DNA of 64,000 bases from an uncultured Bacteroidales bacterium (GTDB lineage Bacteria > Bacteroidota > Bacteroidia > Bacteroidales > VadinHA17), in assembly GCA_963741935.1 (NCBI GenBank), contig CAVUJY010000009.1, forward strand, positions 18,466 to 82,465, in the 5' to 3' direction. The notes under the pieces were generated by a model. That model searched no databases and was not told the DNA's origin. It worked only from the letters and a program-made list of their open reading frames with translations. The translations under genes were made by a program, and so were the position numbers. Below, piece after piece: positions 10,607 through 21,472 of this stretch (positions are counted from its first letter, which is position 1; each line of letters starts with the position of its first letter).

Positions 10607-13341
10607 TTAATCTGAAATTTCAAATACATACTCTCCTGATCCTGCTTCAAAAGAGACTTTATTATCAGCTGTTTTGATGTTTTTTAAATAAGCATTACCT
10701 GATATCATTTTTCCACTTTCTTTTACCTTATCGCTGTTTGCAGCTGGTAGAGTTATAGTAGCGGAAGTATTTGCAGGGATTAGTACTGTAACTATCAGCT
10801 TGCCATTATCCCTCTGCCATCCACATTTTACAGTTCCATAGCTGCTTTCGAATGATGCTTTTGAGTAAGTAAGTTTCTCAGTCGGGTGGGGTTGGAGTAA
10901 CAGATGTTTGTACCCGGCATCTTTTGTGTCGATTCCGGCAGAAACCCTGTACATCCAGTCACCTATAGCCCCGTAGGCATAATGGTTAAATGAATTCATT
11001 CCCGGATCCTGGAAAGTACTGTCAGTTTTCTGTCCATCCCAGCGTTCCCAAATTGTTGTTGCTCCCATCCTTACAGGATATAGCCATGACGGATAGGATT
11101 TCCTGAAGCAATAAATCATATGCAACATCAGTATATCCATTGTCAGATAATACATGGCATAAATAAGGTGTTCCAAGGAATCCTGTTGACAGATGATTTC
11201 CTCTTGCTTTGATATCCTCAGCCAGAAATCCTGCAGCATTATCTTTCAGATCATCAGGAAGCAGATTAAACATCAATGCCAGCACGTATGAGGTCTGTGA
11301 ATTAGTGCCTACTCTGCCGGCTTTGGTTACATACTCATGTTATAAATACATTTTTAATCTTTTTAAAAAGATCCTGATAAAATTTTTCATCATCAGTTTT
11401 TCCAAGCACTTTTGCTGCTTCAGCCAGTAGGCTTGTTGAGTATGCAAAGAAAGCGGTAGCAATAAAGTCATGATCGGTATACCCATCAGGTTCAGTATGA
11501 TTATTCACCGGTGGATGATAAAACAACCAGTCACCAAATACACTTCCCCCTTTCCATATATAGCTGTCTCCGGCTTTTTTCCTTATATACTCAACCCATG
11601 CTTTCATACTGGGATACTGATTTTCGAGTATACGTTTATCCCCATAAACACGATACATAGTCCATGGTGCTATTACAGCAACATCTCCCCAACCTGCAGA
11701 TGTTTCAGATGTTACGGCATTCTGGGGATTAAGAACATCAGGAATGACAAAAGGAACCTCTCCGCCTTTTTTCTGATCAGCAGCCACATCCTTCAGCCAT
11801 TTGGTAAAAAAGGAAGATACATTCATATTATATGCTGCTGTCCTGCAGAAAGCCTGGGCATCACCTGTCCAGCCCAGACGTTCATCTCTTTGAGGACAAT
11901 CAGTAGGAACATCAACAAAATTACCCTTCTGACCCCATTGAATATTATGCTGTAATTGATTTAACAATGGATTTGAACTCTCATAACTTCCGGTAACGTC
12001 CATGTTGGAATGAACAACGATTCCGGTAAGATTATCAAGAGTTAATTCACCGGGGAATCCGGTTACTTCTACATATCTGAATCCCATAAATGTAAATCGG
12101 GGTTCATATATCTCTTCACTTTCACCTGCAAGAGTATAATTTAACTCGCATTTGGCGGCACGCAGGTTTGTCGTATAAAATTCGCCATATTTATCCATAA
12201 CCTCTGCATGGCGAAATGTTATGACATCGCCTTTTTTGCCTTTGACCTTAATTCTCAGCCATCCTACCATGTTCTGTCCCATATCAACAATCTGTTTGCC
12301 TGATGGCGTCCGGAATATTTTAACAGGCTTTATCTCCTGTATCTTCATTATAGGTGAGCCTTCCGATGCTATAATATTATCATTGCTGTACTTTCCAATT
12401 TTAACACTCTGCCAGTTTTTATCATTGTAACCTGATTTATCCCATCCTGTGAGTCTTTTTGTTGCATCATAAGTCTCCCCGTTATAGATATCATTCATCC
12501 TTATCGCTCCGTCATTTGATGCTTTCCATGATTCATCACTGGTTATCACTGTTTCTGTGCCATCTGTGAATGTAATTTTCATTTCTAACAAAAGACCAAG
12601 TTTTTTACCATATATTGCCCAGTTATTGCCCCAGGCAAGGGTCCCTCTGTACCAGCCGTCTCCGAGAACAGCGCCTATTGCGTTTGCTCCCTGGGAAAGC
12701 ATTCCTGTTACATCATACACCTGGTACTGAAGTCTTTTCCCATAAGAAGTCCAGCCCGGAGTTAATACCTGGTCACCGACTTTTTGTCCGTTTAAATGTA
12801 CTTCATAGAAGCCATGGGATGTTACATATATCCGTGCACTGGCTATGTTCTTGCTAACTGAAAATTCCTTTCTGAAGTGTGGGGAAGGGGAATATCTCTG
12901 TGTATCAGCATCCATTTCTATCCACTTAGCTTTCCATTCAGATGGAGATAAAAGTCCCATTTCAAAGAAAGCTGTCTTGCTCCATTTAGACTCACGTCCT
13001 TTATTATCCCATATCTTAACCTGCCAGAAATATCTTTGTCCTGACTTAAGATCAGATCCCTTATAGCTTTGTAGTATTGACTCGTCTGATTCCACTTTCC
13101 CTGTTTGCCAAACAATGCTGCTCTTTGAAAACTTACTGTCTGTCGCAACTCTGACTGACCAGGCTGTTTGCATAATGTTATTACCCGTACCCGCAATTTT
13201 CCATGAGAATCTTGGTTGGAGAACAGAAATTCCAACAGGGTTATCTTTATGTTCACAGGTCATATCCTTAACAGATAAATCCTGAGAATGAGCACTTCCG
13301 AAAATACAAAACAGGATAAAAATGAGCTTCAAGGTTTTCAT
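10607..13341 (-). CDS. alpha-L-rhamnosidase, GH78 (frameshifted)
   Basis: Signal peptide, PTDCPQRDERLGWTGD, GATTIWERW, MNSFNHYAYGAIGDW. Confidence 0.93.
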
Positions 13342-13466
13342 GATTAAAATAATTGGTTATAGAATAAAGGTTATAAAAATATGCGAGAATAAAAAAATAT
13401 CTTTAAAGTCAATTTCGTGACCGAAAGTTTTTAAATTGCAGATAAGTCTAACATTAACCTTAACTC

Positions 13467-14496
13467 ATGAATCCATTTGCCGGAATTTTATTAATCGCAC
13501 TCGGAAGTATCGGTGCTGCAAGTTTTTATGTGCCATTTAAGAAAGTAAAGTTATGGGCATGGGAATCTTATTGGCTGACTCAGGGGATTGCAGCCTGGCT
13601 TAATTGCTCCGATATTATTTGCATTTATTTTTGTGCCTCATGGTGAGCTTATTCCAATTATCAGGGAAGCACCCTCATCAGCAAAAATAATGGCAATGGT
13701 TTTTGGCGCTTTGTGGGGATTTGGCGGGCTCACTTTCGGGTTGAGTATCCGGTATCTGGGTGTAGCTTTAGGCCAGAGCATTGCTTTAGGTTTATGTGCT
13801 GCATTTGGTACCCTTATTCCACCGATAGTAGCAGGGGATAACCTATTTTCAACTACAGGTGGAATACTGACTATTGTCGGAGTATCTATTACTGTGGCCG
13901 GAATAGCAATAATTGGATTTGCCGGTGCACTTAAAAGCAAAGAGATGTCAGAAGAAGAAAAAAAGGCAGCTGTAAAGGAATTTGCTCTTAAAAAAGGAAT
14001 CTTGATTGCAATCTTCGCAGGTATTATGAGTGCATGTTTCAACTTTGGTTTCGAAGCGGGAAAGCCAATTGAAAGCGTTGCTCTGGAGCATGGTACAAAT
14101 CCACTGTTTCAGAAGAACCCATCTCTCATCTTCATTCTTTTTGGCGGCTTTATTACCAATCTTTTCTATTGCGGATATCTTAATATTAAGAATAAAACGT
14201 ATAAGGATTATTTTACAGTTTCCGGAAGTATCCTTTTGAATAACCTGTTCTTTACCTTTCTTGCAGGCTTTTTATGGTTTCTTCAGTTTCATTTCTATGG
14301 TATGGGCTCAAGCAAACTACCAGAAGGGATGGCAGTGTTCGGGTGGAGCATACTGATGGCTCTGAATATTGCAATAAGCAATATATGGGGCATATTACTT
14401 AATGAATGGAAAGGTGTGGGAAAGAAGACAATTTTTGTATTAATACTTGGTATACTGGTTCTTATTCTTTCAACATTTGTGGTAAAACTTGGCTAA
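13467..14496 (+). CDS. rhaT: L-rhamnose/proton symporter (5' frameshift)
   Basis: MNPFAGILL...ASFYVPFKKVKLWAWESYW, then LWGFGGLTFGLSIRYLG. Lies upstream of rhaA. Confidence 0.92.
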
Positions 14497-14592
14497 GATA
14501 ATGAAAATAAACCCCGACAATTCGCCTGTTACCATTCCACTTGAACAGGTCTTCTATATGGAATAAATAAATCATATCTAAATATCAAAATC

Positions 14593-15858
14593 ATGAATAA
14601 GAAATTGATTGAAAAGTCATATGAGCTTGCAAAAGAACAATATGCAGCATTAGGAATTGACACAGATAAAGTTATCTCTGAAATGGATAATGTTAATATC
14701 AGTTTACATTGCTGGCAGACTGATGATGTTGGAGGATTTGAAAAACCAGATTCTGTGCTGGGAGGCGGAGGTATTCAGGCAACAGGTAATTTTCCGGGAA
14801 AAGCAAAGACCATTGAGCAGATGCGTGCAGATCTTGACAAAGTTTTTTCTCTTCTTCCTGGAAAACAGAGACTGAATCTACATGCTATCTATGGTGAATT
14901 CGGCGGAAAACTGGTTGACCGCGACCAGATTGAGGTAAAACATTACCAGGGGTGGATTGACTGGGCTAAGAAGAGGGGTATTGGTCTGGATTTCAATTGT
15001 ACATGTTTTTCTCATCCATATGCTGATGACGGCTTCACCTTATCAAGCAAGAATGAAAAAATCAGAAAATTCTGGGTTGAGCATACAAAAAGATGCAGGG
15101 CTATTGCTGCTGAAATGGGAAAACAGCTGGGGACTCCGTCAGTACATAATATATGGATTCCCGATGGTTCAAAAGACACACCTGTTGACAGGAATACTCT
15201 CCGTAAACTATTGAAAAAGTCACTTGATGAAATATTTGCTGTCAAATACCCAAAGAATCATCTGAAAGACTCTGTTGAAAGTAAGCTCTTCGGTATTGGG
15301 TCAGAATCGATGGTTGTTGGGTCGCATGATTTCTACATGGGTTATGCAATCACAAACAATACAATGATAACACTCGATAACGGACATTTTCACCCTACTG
15401 AACAGGTTGGTGATAAAATATCTTCAGTACTTCATTTTGTTGATGAGATACTATTGCATCTTACCCGTGGTGTTCGTTGGGATAGTGATCATGTTCTTAC
15501 ATTTAACGAAGAATTATTACTGATCACACAGGAAATTGTTCGTGCGAATGCACTTAGCAGAGTAAATGTGGGTCTTGATTTCTTTGATGCAAGTCTTAAC
15601 CGGATAGGAGCTTATGTTATTGGTACCCGGTCGGCCCAGCTTGCTTTCATGTATGCATTTCTTGAACCATTTAAGACACTTGTGAAATTTGAAGAACAAG
15701 GTAAAACATTTGAAAGACTTGCACTTCTTGAATTGCTTAAGATTCAGCCATTTGGTGCTGTATGGGATTATTACTGTCTGAAAAATAATGTCCCGGTTGG
15801 TCAGGATTACATAGATGAAATTGCGAAATATGAAAATGATGTTCTATTGAAACGTTAA
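14593..15858 (+). CDS. rhaA: L-rhamnose isomerase
   Basis: ISLHCWQTDDV, NLHAIY, WIPDGSKD, VESKLFGIGSE, GVRWDSDHV. Confidence 0.97.
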   Translation: MNKKLIEKSYELAKEQYAALGIDTDKVISEMDNVNISLHCWQTDDVGGFEKPDSVLGGGGIQATGNFPGKAKTIEQMRADLDKVFSLLPGKQRLNLHAIYGEFGGKLVDRDQIEVKHYQGWIDWAKKRGIGLDFNCTCFSHPYADDGFTLSSKNEKIRKFWVEHTKRCRAIAAEMGKQLGTPSVHNIWIPDGSKDTPVDRNTLRKLLKKSLDEIFAVKYPKNHLKDSVESKLFGIGSESMVVGSHDFYMGYAITNNTMITLDNGHFHPTEQVGDKISSVLHFVDEILLHLTRGVRWDSDHVLTFNEELLLITQEIVRANALSRVNVGLDFFDASLNRIGAYVIGTRSAQLAFMYAFLEPFKTLVKFEEQGKTFERLALLELLKIQPFGAVWDYYCLKNNVPVGQDYIDEIAKYENDVLLKR

Positions 15859-15938
15859 ATTCCTTGAACATCTATGTTAAGTAATTTGATTATTAACACA
15901 AATATTGTTTGCTGAATTAACGGCCGGGAAATATTATT

Positions 15939-17291
15939 ATGAAAGAGAAAGTCATAGCTGTTTTTGATATAGGAAAGACAAATAAAAAATTACTCCTTTT
16001 CAATGATAAATTGTCAGTGATTTCTGAAACAGAGGAAAAATTCAGTGAAATTAAGGATGAAGATGGTTTTGAATGTGATGATTTAGACCGGATTGAGCGA
16101 TGGATCAAAGATTCCTTAAAACAATTGGCTCATTCAGAAGAATTTGAACTCATTGCAGTAAATTTCACGACATACGGTGCTACTCTGGTCTACCTTGACA
16201 GTAATGGAAGGAGGCTTACTCCGGCCTATAATTACCTGAAACCAATGGAAGAAGGTATCGCTGATAACCTGTATAACAAGTACGGTGGGAAGGAAGAGTT
16301 TTGCAGGAGAACAGCCTCTCCTGCACTGGGGATGCTTAACTCCGGATTGCAGATACTTAGGCTCAAGTATATCAAACCGGCTGTTTATGCCAAAGTAAGG
16401 AATATTCTTCATCTTCCACAATATCTTTCATATACACTGACGGGTAAAATAAATGCCGAACATACTTCTATAGGATGCCACACTGCTATGTGGGATTATG
16501 ATAAGATGAGTTATCATCAATGGATTGCTGATGAATGTATCCCGCTTCCTGAACCAGTTCATGTCAGTACTTCTTATGAGATTGAACTTGAAAGGAAGAA
16601 AATAAGAGTAGGAATAGGAATACATGACAGTTCTGCATCTCTGGCACCATATTTCACATCGGAAAACAAGAATTTCATACTGATATCGACCGGGACATGG
16701 TGCATAAACATGAATCCCTTTAATAAAGAAAAGCTTACTGCAGAACAACTGTCTCATGATTGTCTTTGCTATATGAGTGTTAATATGGAGCCTGTTATGT
16801 CATCAAGACTATTTCTTGGACATCTGCATAGTACAGCAGTAGGTATAATGAGCAAATACTATAAGATTCAGGAGGATAGTTTTAAATTCATAAAACCTGA
16901 TATTAAACTGTTTAAGAAACTGAGCTCTAAGTTTAAGACCCGAAAAGTATTTTTCAGGGAAGGAGAATCAGCTGTTAAACTAAAAGAAGAACCGGAATTG
17001 TTTGAATTTGATAATTTTGTTGAAGGATACCATCAGCTTTTAATAGAACTATGTGACCTGACGGTTGAATCTATTGAGCGTGTAATTGATGAAAGAAGTC
17101 CGGTAGATACTATATACATCACAGGTGGATTTTCTAAAAATGATATTTTTCTCAGACTCCTGGCCAGTTCATATCCTCATATGCAGGTTTTTACAACTGA
17201 AGTCAGTAATGCATCAGCACTTGGCGCTGCCCTTGTCATTTCAGATTCAAAACCAATTCTTAATCTTGGTCTTATTGAATGTAAAAACTGA
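15939..17291 (+). CDS. FGGY carbohydrate kinase, probable rhamnulokinase
   Basis: VFDIGKTNKK, GIHDSSA, STGTW, ITGGFS. Follows rhaA. Confidence 0.85.
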   Translation: MKEKVIAVFDIGKTNKKLLLFNDKLSVISETEEKFSEIKDEDGFECDDLDRIERWIKDSLKQLAHSEEFELIAVNFTTYGATLVYLDSNGRRLTPAYNYLKPMEEGIADNLYNKYGGKEEFCRRTASPALGMLNSGLQILRLKYIKPAVYAKVRNILHLPQYLSYTLTGKINAEHTSIGCHTAMWDYDKMSYHQWIADECIPLPEPVHVSTSYEIELERKKIRVGIGIHDSSASLAPYFTSENKNFILISTGTWCINMNPFNKEKLTAEQLSHDCLCYMSVNMEPVMSSRLFLGHLHSTAVGIMSKYYKIQEDSFKFIKPDIKLFKKLSSKFKTRKVFFREGESAVKLKEEPELFEFDNFVEGYHQLLIELCDLTVESIERVIDERSPVDTIYITGGFSKNDIFLRLLASSYPHMQVFTTEVSNASALGAALVISDSKPILNLGLIECKN

Positions 17292-17414
17292 AATTTCTAT
17301 ATAGCTTTGGTGCGTCTTAAAGTCAGTTATGATTTTGATCTGAATAGTTTAAAACAGGTATTTGCTCACGTGTTTTTTGAGGAATACTGATTCTATTTAA
17401 AAAAGAAATTAAAA

Positions 17415-17927
17415 ATGTCAAATATTAAGTATTATTTATTCTTTCTGTTTATAGTTCTAACAATGTATTCCTGTGAGAAAGATAAGGATCCGGCAATGAG
17501 TGAGGTTGTAATCAACGAACTTATGCCTGTCAATTCAACTACTGTATCTGATCAGAATGGTGAATTTGATGACTGGATTGAACTTTATAATCTAACTGAA
17601 AAAAGCGTCGATATATCTGGTTATTATCTTTCGGATAAAAAAAGTAATAATACCAAATGGCAATTTCCCATGGGAACAACAATTTCGGGTAAAAGTTATT
17701 TGGTAATTTGGGCTGATGGAGATACAACACAACCTGGACTTCATGCAAATTTTAAATTATCATCCCTTGGAGAAAAGGCAGTATTATCAAATATTGATAA
17801 AACAATAATAGACATGGTTGAATACCCTGCACAGACACTGGAAATATCCTATTCAAGAAATCCTGACGGAACAGGATCATTCAGGTGGCAGAATCCAACA
17901 TTTAACAGAACTAATAATCATCCGTGA
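17415..17927 (+). CDS. lamin-tail domain lipoprotein
   Basis: Lipobox MYSC. VVINELMPVN, DWIELYN, ISGYYLSD, HANFKL, SYSRNPDG. Confidence 0.85.
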   Translation: MSNIKYYLFFLFIVLTMYSCEKDKDPAMSEVVINELMPVNSTTVSDQNGEFDDWIELYNLTEKSVDISGYYLSDKKSNNTKWQFPMGTTISGKSYLVIWADGDTTQPGLHANFKLSSLGEKAVLSNIDKTIIDMVEYPAQTLEISYSRNPDGTGSFRWQNPTFNRTNNHP

Positions 17928-18012
17928 TTCGAATTTTACCAACAGTTGTGGTTATGATTACTAATACATGGGATGATATTGGGGATAAAAATTGGGTTAA
18001 TAATTAGCTAAT

Positions 18013-18801
18013 ATGTATAAAGGGGATATAGTTTCTGCATTAAATACTCTTAATCCAATCTCACTTAATGAGATTGGAAATGCCAAACTAATGAACCGGT
18101 TTGAAACAAAATATATCCTTTCCGCCGGAAGAGTTGCAGAACTTATATACAGACTTGAAGGGAGATTTAAAGTTCTTGAAATAAGCAATATGAGGGTTCA
18201 TCCCTACAGAACAACATATATGGATACCTCTGATAATTTATTCTTCAATCAGCATATCAGAGGGGAACTTGAAAGAAATAAAATACGATACCGTAAATAT
18301 GAGTCTTCAGGAATCATATTTCTGGAAGTTAAAAGGAAGAATAACAAAGGACGAATTTGTAAATGGCGTATAGAAAACAATCCGGGAGCAGAATCTTTTG
18401 ATGATATTGCAATTGCATTTTTAGACAAGCACATCTCACTTAACTCCAGTCTTTTAAAACCCATTCTTATAAACAGTTTTACCAGAGCAACATTAACAGG
18501 ATATGATTTAAAAGAAAGGATAACTATAGATTATGATATTTCATTTTCCGAACCAGATATTAATGGGAAAAAGTTATACTTACCATATCTTTCTATAATA
18601 GAAGTTAAAAAAGAAGGATTTGCACACAGATCTGATTTTCAATCACTGCTGAAGCAGCAAAATATAAGACCCTCCGGATTCAGCAAGTATTGTTTCGGTA
18701 ATGCCATGCTGAATGAATCATTAAAAAGAAACATGCTCAAAACAAAAATATTACAGTTAAAGAAAATTGAAAATGAATACATTATTAGTTCAAATAGTTG
18801 A
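18013..18801 (+). CDS. VTC/polyphosphate polymerase domain protein
   Basis: LMNRFETKY, RNKIRYRKY, FLEVKRK, ERITID, IIEVK, FSKYC. Confidence 0.88.
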   Translation: MYKGDIVSALNTLNPISLNEIGNAKLMNRFETKYILSAGRVAELIYRLEGRFKVLEISNMRVHPYRTTYMDTSDNLFFNQHIRGELERNKIRYRKYESSGIIFLEVKRKNNKGRICKWRIENNPGAESFDDIAIAFLDKHISLNSSLLKPILINSFTRATLTGYDLKERITIDYDISFSEPDINGKKLYLPYLSIIEVKKEGFAHRSDFQSLLKQQNIRPSGFSKYCFGNAMLNESLKRNMLKTKILQLKKIENEYIISSNS

Positions 18802-19471
18802 TAAATTCGGTTTAGGGAACAGCGGATTCTTTGATTTTTCCAATCTGCTTATTCTTATGGGACGATTTGGGTTAAACCTGATTGTTATTTTAATAATGGT
18901 ACGCTGGTTATACTTTTCTACCACAAAAAGGAAAGATTTTCTCTTTACTTATATTCTCATTTCAACTATTGTTTTTCTGCTCTGTTTCCTGCTTGCCAAT
19001 GTCATGCTGCAGATCGGTTTTGCTTTGGGTCTTTTTGCAATATTTGGAATAATACGTTACCGGACAAATACTATTCCTATAAAGGAGATGACATACCTTT
19101 TCCTGATAATAGGCATTTCAGTTATTAATGCGCTTGCCAATATATCAACAAACATCCTTGAAATTCTTTTCACAAATTTAGTAATCATCCTTATAACATA
19201 TGGATTTGAGAAAAGATGGCTGATAAAACATGAATCATCAAAATCAATTGTATATGAAAAGATTAATCTGATTAAACCTGAAAACCATGCTGAGCTTATT
19301 GAGGACCTGCAACAACGTACAGGAATAAGTAAGATAAGCAGAGTCGAAATAGGGGAGATAAACTTTCTGAGAGATATCTGCCATCTTAAGATATTTTTTG
19401 AGACCAGCGACAGGATGGAAAGTCAGTACAATCCTGTTGATCATAAAAAGGAAGATGATGATGATGATTAG
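18773..19471 (+). CDS. DUF4956 membrane protein
   Basis: GFALGLFAIFGIIRYRT, IKEMTYLF, EDLQQRTG. Confidence 0.88.
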   Translation: MNTLLVQIVDKFGLGNSGFFDFSNLLILMGRFGLNLIVILIMVRWLYFSTTKRKDFLFTYILISTIVFLLCFLLANVMLQIGFALGLFAIFGIIRYRTNTIPIKEMTYLFLIIGISVINALANISTNILEILFTNLVIILITYGFEKRWLIKHESSKSIVYEKINLIKPENHAELIEDLQQRTGISKISRVEIGEINFLRDICHLKIFFETSDRMESQYNPVDHKKEDDDDD

Positions 19472-20132
19472 ACGTCTGCTGATTTTTCTTTTGGTTATTT
19501 CATCTTCATCTGCCATTTTTGGCCAGGATGATGACTTTGGTATATGGTACGGCTTAGATGCAGGCATTTCTTTATCAAAGAAGACTGATCTGGATATTTC
19601 AGGAGTTATAAGAACATTCAATAACGCCTCAAAAATAGATCAGGGTTATTTAGAAACAGGAATATCCCATAAATTGAGCAAGTATTTTTCACTTGCAGGG
19701 TCATACAGAATGATTGATAAGCTTGAGAAAGATTCCAGGTTTCATTTGCGTCATCGCTTCATGGCAGATATTAAAGGGTCTTATTCGCTGGGTGTTCTGT
19801 CCTTTTCAGAACGGTTAAGATTTCAGGCTCAGAAAAGGACATATATTGAAGATGAGTCAGATAAGAAACCAGAGTATCATGCAAGACTGAAGTTCAAAGC
19901 AACTTATAAAACTCCAAAATTTCCTTTAAATCCATATCTGTCATATGAGTCATTCATACCCCTCTTTGAAAATTCGGACAGGTTTATTGATAAAAACAGG
20001 TACTCTGCAGGTTTTGATTTTAAAATTTTAAAGAATCAAACACTTGAACTTGAATATACATTTCAACGTGATTATGCTCCTCATATCGAGGATATAAGTA
20101 TTGCTTCAATAAACTATTCCGTTAATTTCTAG
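19464..20132 (+). CDS. DUF2490 outer-membrane beta-barrel
   Basis: Signal peptide, QDDDFGIW, alternating beta strands, C-terminal Phe. Lies directly downstream of DUF4956. Confidence 0.75.
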   Translation: MIRRLLIFLLVISSSSAIFGQDDDFGIWYGLDAGISLSKKTDLDISGVIRTFNNASKIDQGYLETGISHKLSKYFSLAGSYRMIDKLEKDSRFHLRHRFMADIKGSYSLGVLSFSERLRFQAQKRTYIEDESDKKPEYHARLKFKATYKTPKFPLNPYLSYESFIPLFENSDRFIDKNRYSAGFDFKILKNQTLELEYTFQRDYAPHIEDISIASINYSVNF

Positions 20133-21472
20133 TACAGACGCTCTCCCAGAGCTGCCTTAAGCTTAAATATGCTGGCAGTATAATCGATTCTTGCTTTAAG
20201 CAATAAAAGTCTGCTCTCAGATACGGATGTATTTGCATCCAGAAGATCCAGATTAGTGATAGTACCTGACATAAAGCTGGTTTCAGCGAGAGAGTATGCT
20301 TTTATTGCCTGGGCCAGTTGAAGTCTGAATTGATTTATTTTTGTTTCTGCAGCATGCATATAAGCTTCAGCCTCATATACTTCATTTGCTATGTTTCGTT
20401 TGGTATAATCCGATTCAAATGTCAGGGAAGTTATTGCAGATTGTGCCTGTGAGAGATTATATTTCTTCTTCATCCCGTCAAAAATAGGAATCCTTAAACC
20501 CAGTCCGATTACATAGTTAGGCACTACCTTGCCAAGATCAGGTATATAGCCGTTTTTTGCTCCGCCTGAAGCAACCAGGTTTAAAACAGGCTTGTTTTGA
20601 AGGTTTGTCATTCCGTACCTTAATTCAGCAAGGGATATTTTCTTCTCATTCAGCAACACTTCGTCCCTGTTGTGAAAAGCAAAGGAAAGCACTGAATCAG
20701 CTTCAATCACAGGCATATCAGTAAAAAATTCATTCTTAACAACAGGAATTACGTCATGTTTGTTTCCAAGCAGTGAATTTAGAGATGCCTGCTGGGTCGT
20801 GAGTGATGCAATAAGATCTGTTTTCTGACTTTGAACAGCTGATATCTTAACTTGAGTTGCAAGTATCTGATAATCTGTAGCAGAACCGGTAGCTTTCATT
20901 TTTTCCACATGATCAAGATGCTCCTTCAGAGCCACAATCTGTTCATCCTTAATTTTTATGGCAGCCTGTAAATATACCAGTGTATAAAAATTGTTTATCG
21001 TATAAAGTGATAATTTTTGTTTGACTTGCTCAAGAGTTTGCTCTCCGATCGATTTTCCTTCATTTTCAAGTTCGATACTCTGCCGGGTACGTCCAAAATC
21101 AAATAATACCTGGCGGTAATTTATTGCTGCTGAGTAATTATTCTGAGGATAAAGCTGAAAAGTACCCATATCCGGGATTGTCAGTTTTGTAACAGGCCCG
21201 ATATTTGAAAAATTGGCAGACAAGTCCGCTTCGGGATAATATCCGGCTTTCGCCAGGCTGATCTTTGAATCAGCATTTCTTATTGCCTCCTCAGCAACTT
21301 TCACTGAGGGGAAATCAGAGGTCACAGTCTTAATAATATTTTTCAGGGATAGTGAGTCTGTTTCCTCACGGGTAAAAGTATTTCCAGCAGATTGCGCATC
21401 AATTATATTATTTATTAGAAAAAACATAATTATTGTCGCAAGAATTGATCTTTTGTATAATTTATTATTCAT
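20129..21472 (-). CDS. TolC family outer-membrane efflux protein
   Basis: LFDFG, IPIFDG, DLLDA motifs. In an operon with MFS and HlyD genes. Confidence 0.92.
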   Translation of the reverse strand: MNNKLYKRSILATIIMFFLINNIIDAQSAGNTFTREETDSLSLKNIIKTVTSDFPSVKVAEEAIRNADSKISLAKAGYYPEADLSANFSNIGPVTKLTIPDMGTFQLYPQNNYSAAINYRQVLFDFGRTRQSIELENEGKSIGEQTLEQVKQKLSLYTINNFYTLVYLQAAIKIKDEQIVALKEHLDHVEKMKATGSATDYQILATQVKISAVQSQKTDLIASLTTQQASLNSLLGNKHDVIPVVKNEFFTDMPVIEADSVLSFAFHNRDEVLLNEKKISLAELRYGMTNLQNKPVLNLVASGGAKNGYIPDLGKVVPNYVIGLGLRIPIFDGMKKKYNLSQAQSAITSLTFESDYTKRNIANEVYEAEAYMHAAETKINQFRLQLAQAIKAYSLAETSFMSGTITNLDLLDANTSVSESRLLLLKARIDYTASIFKLKAALGERLY

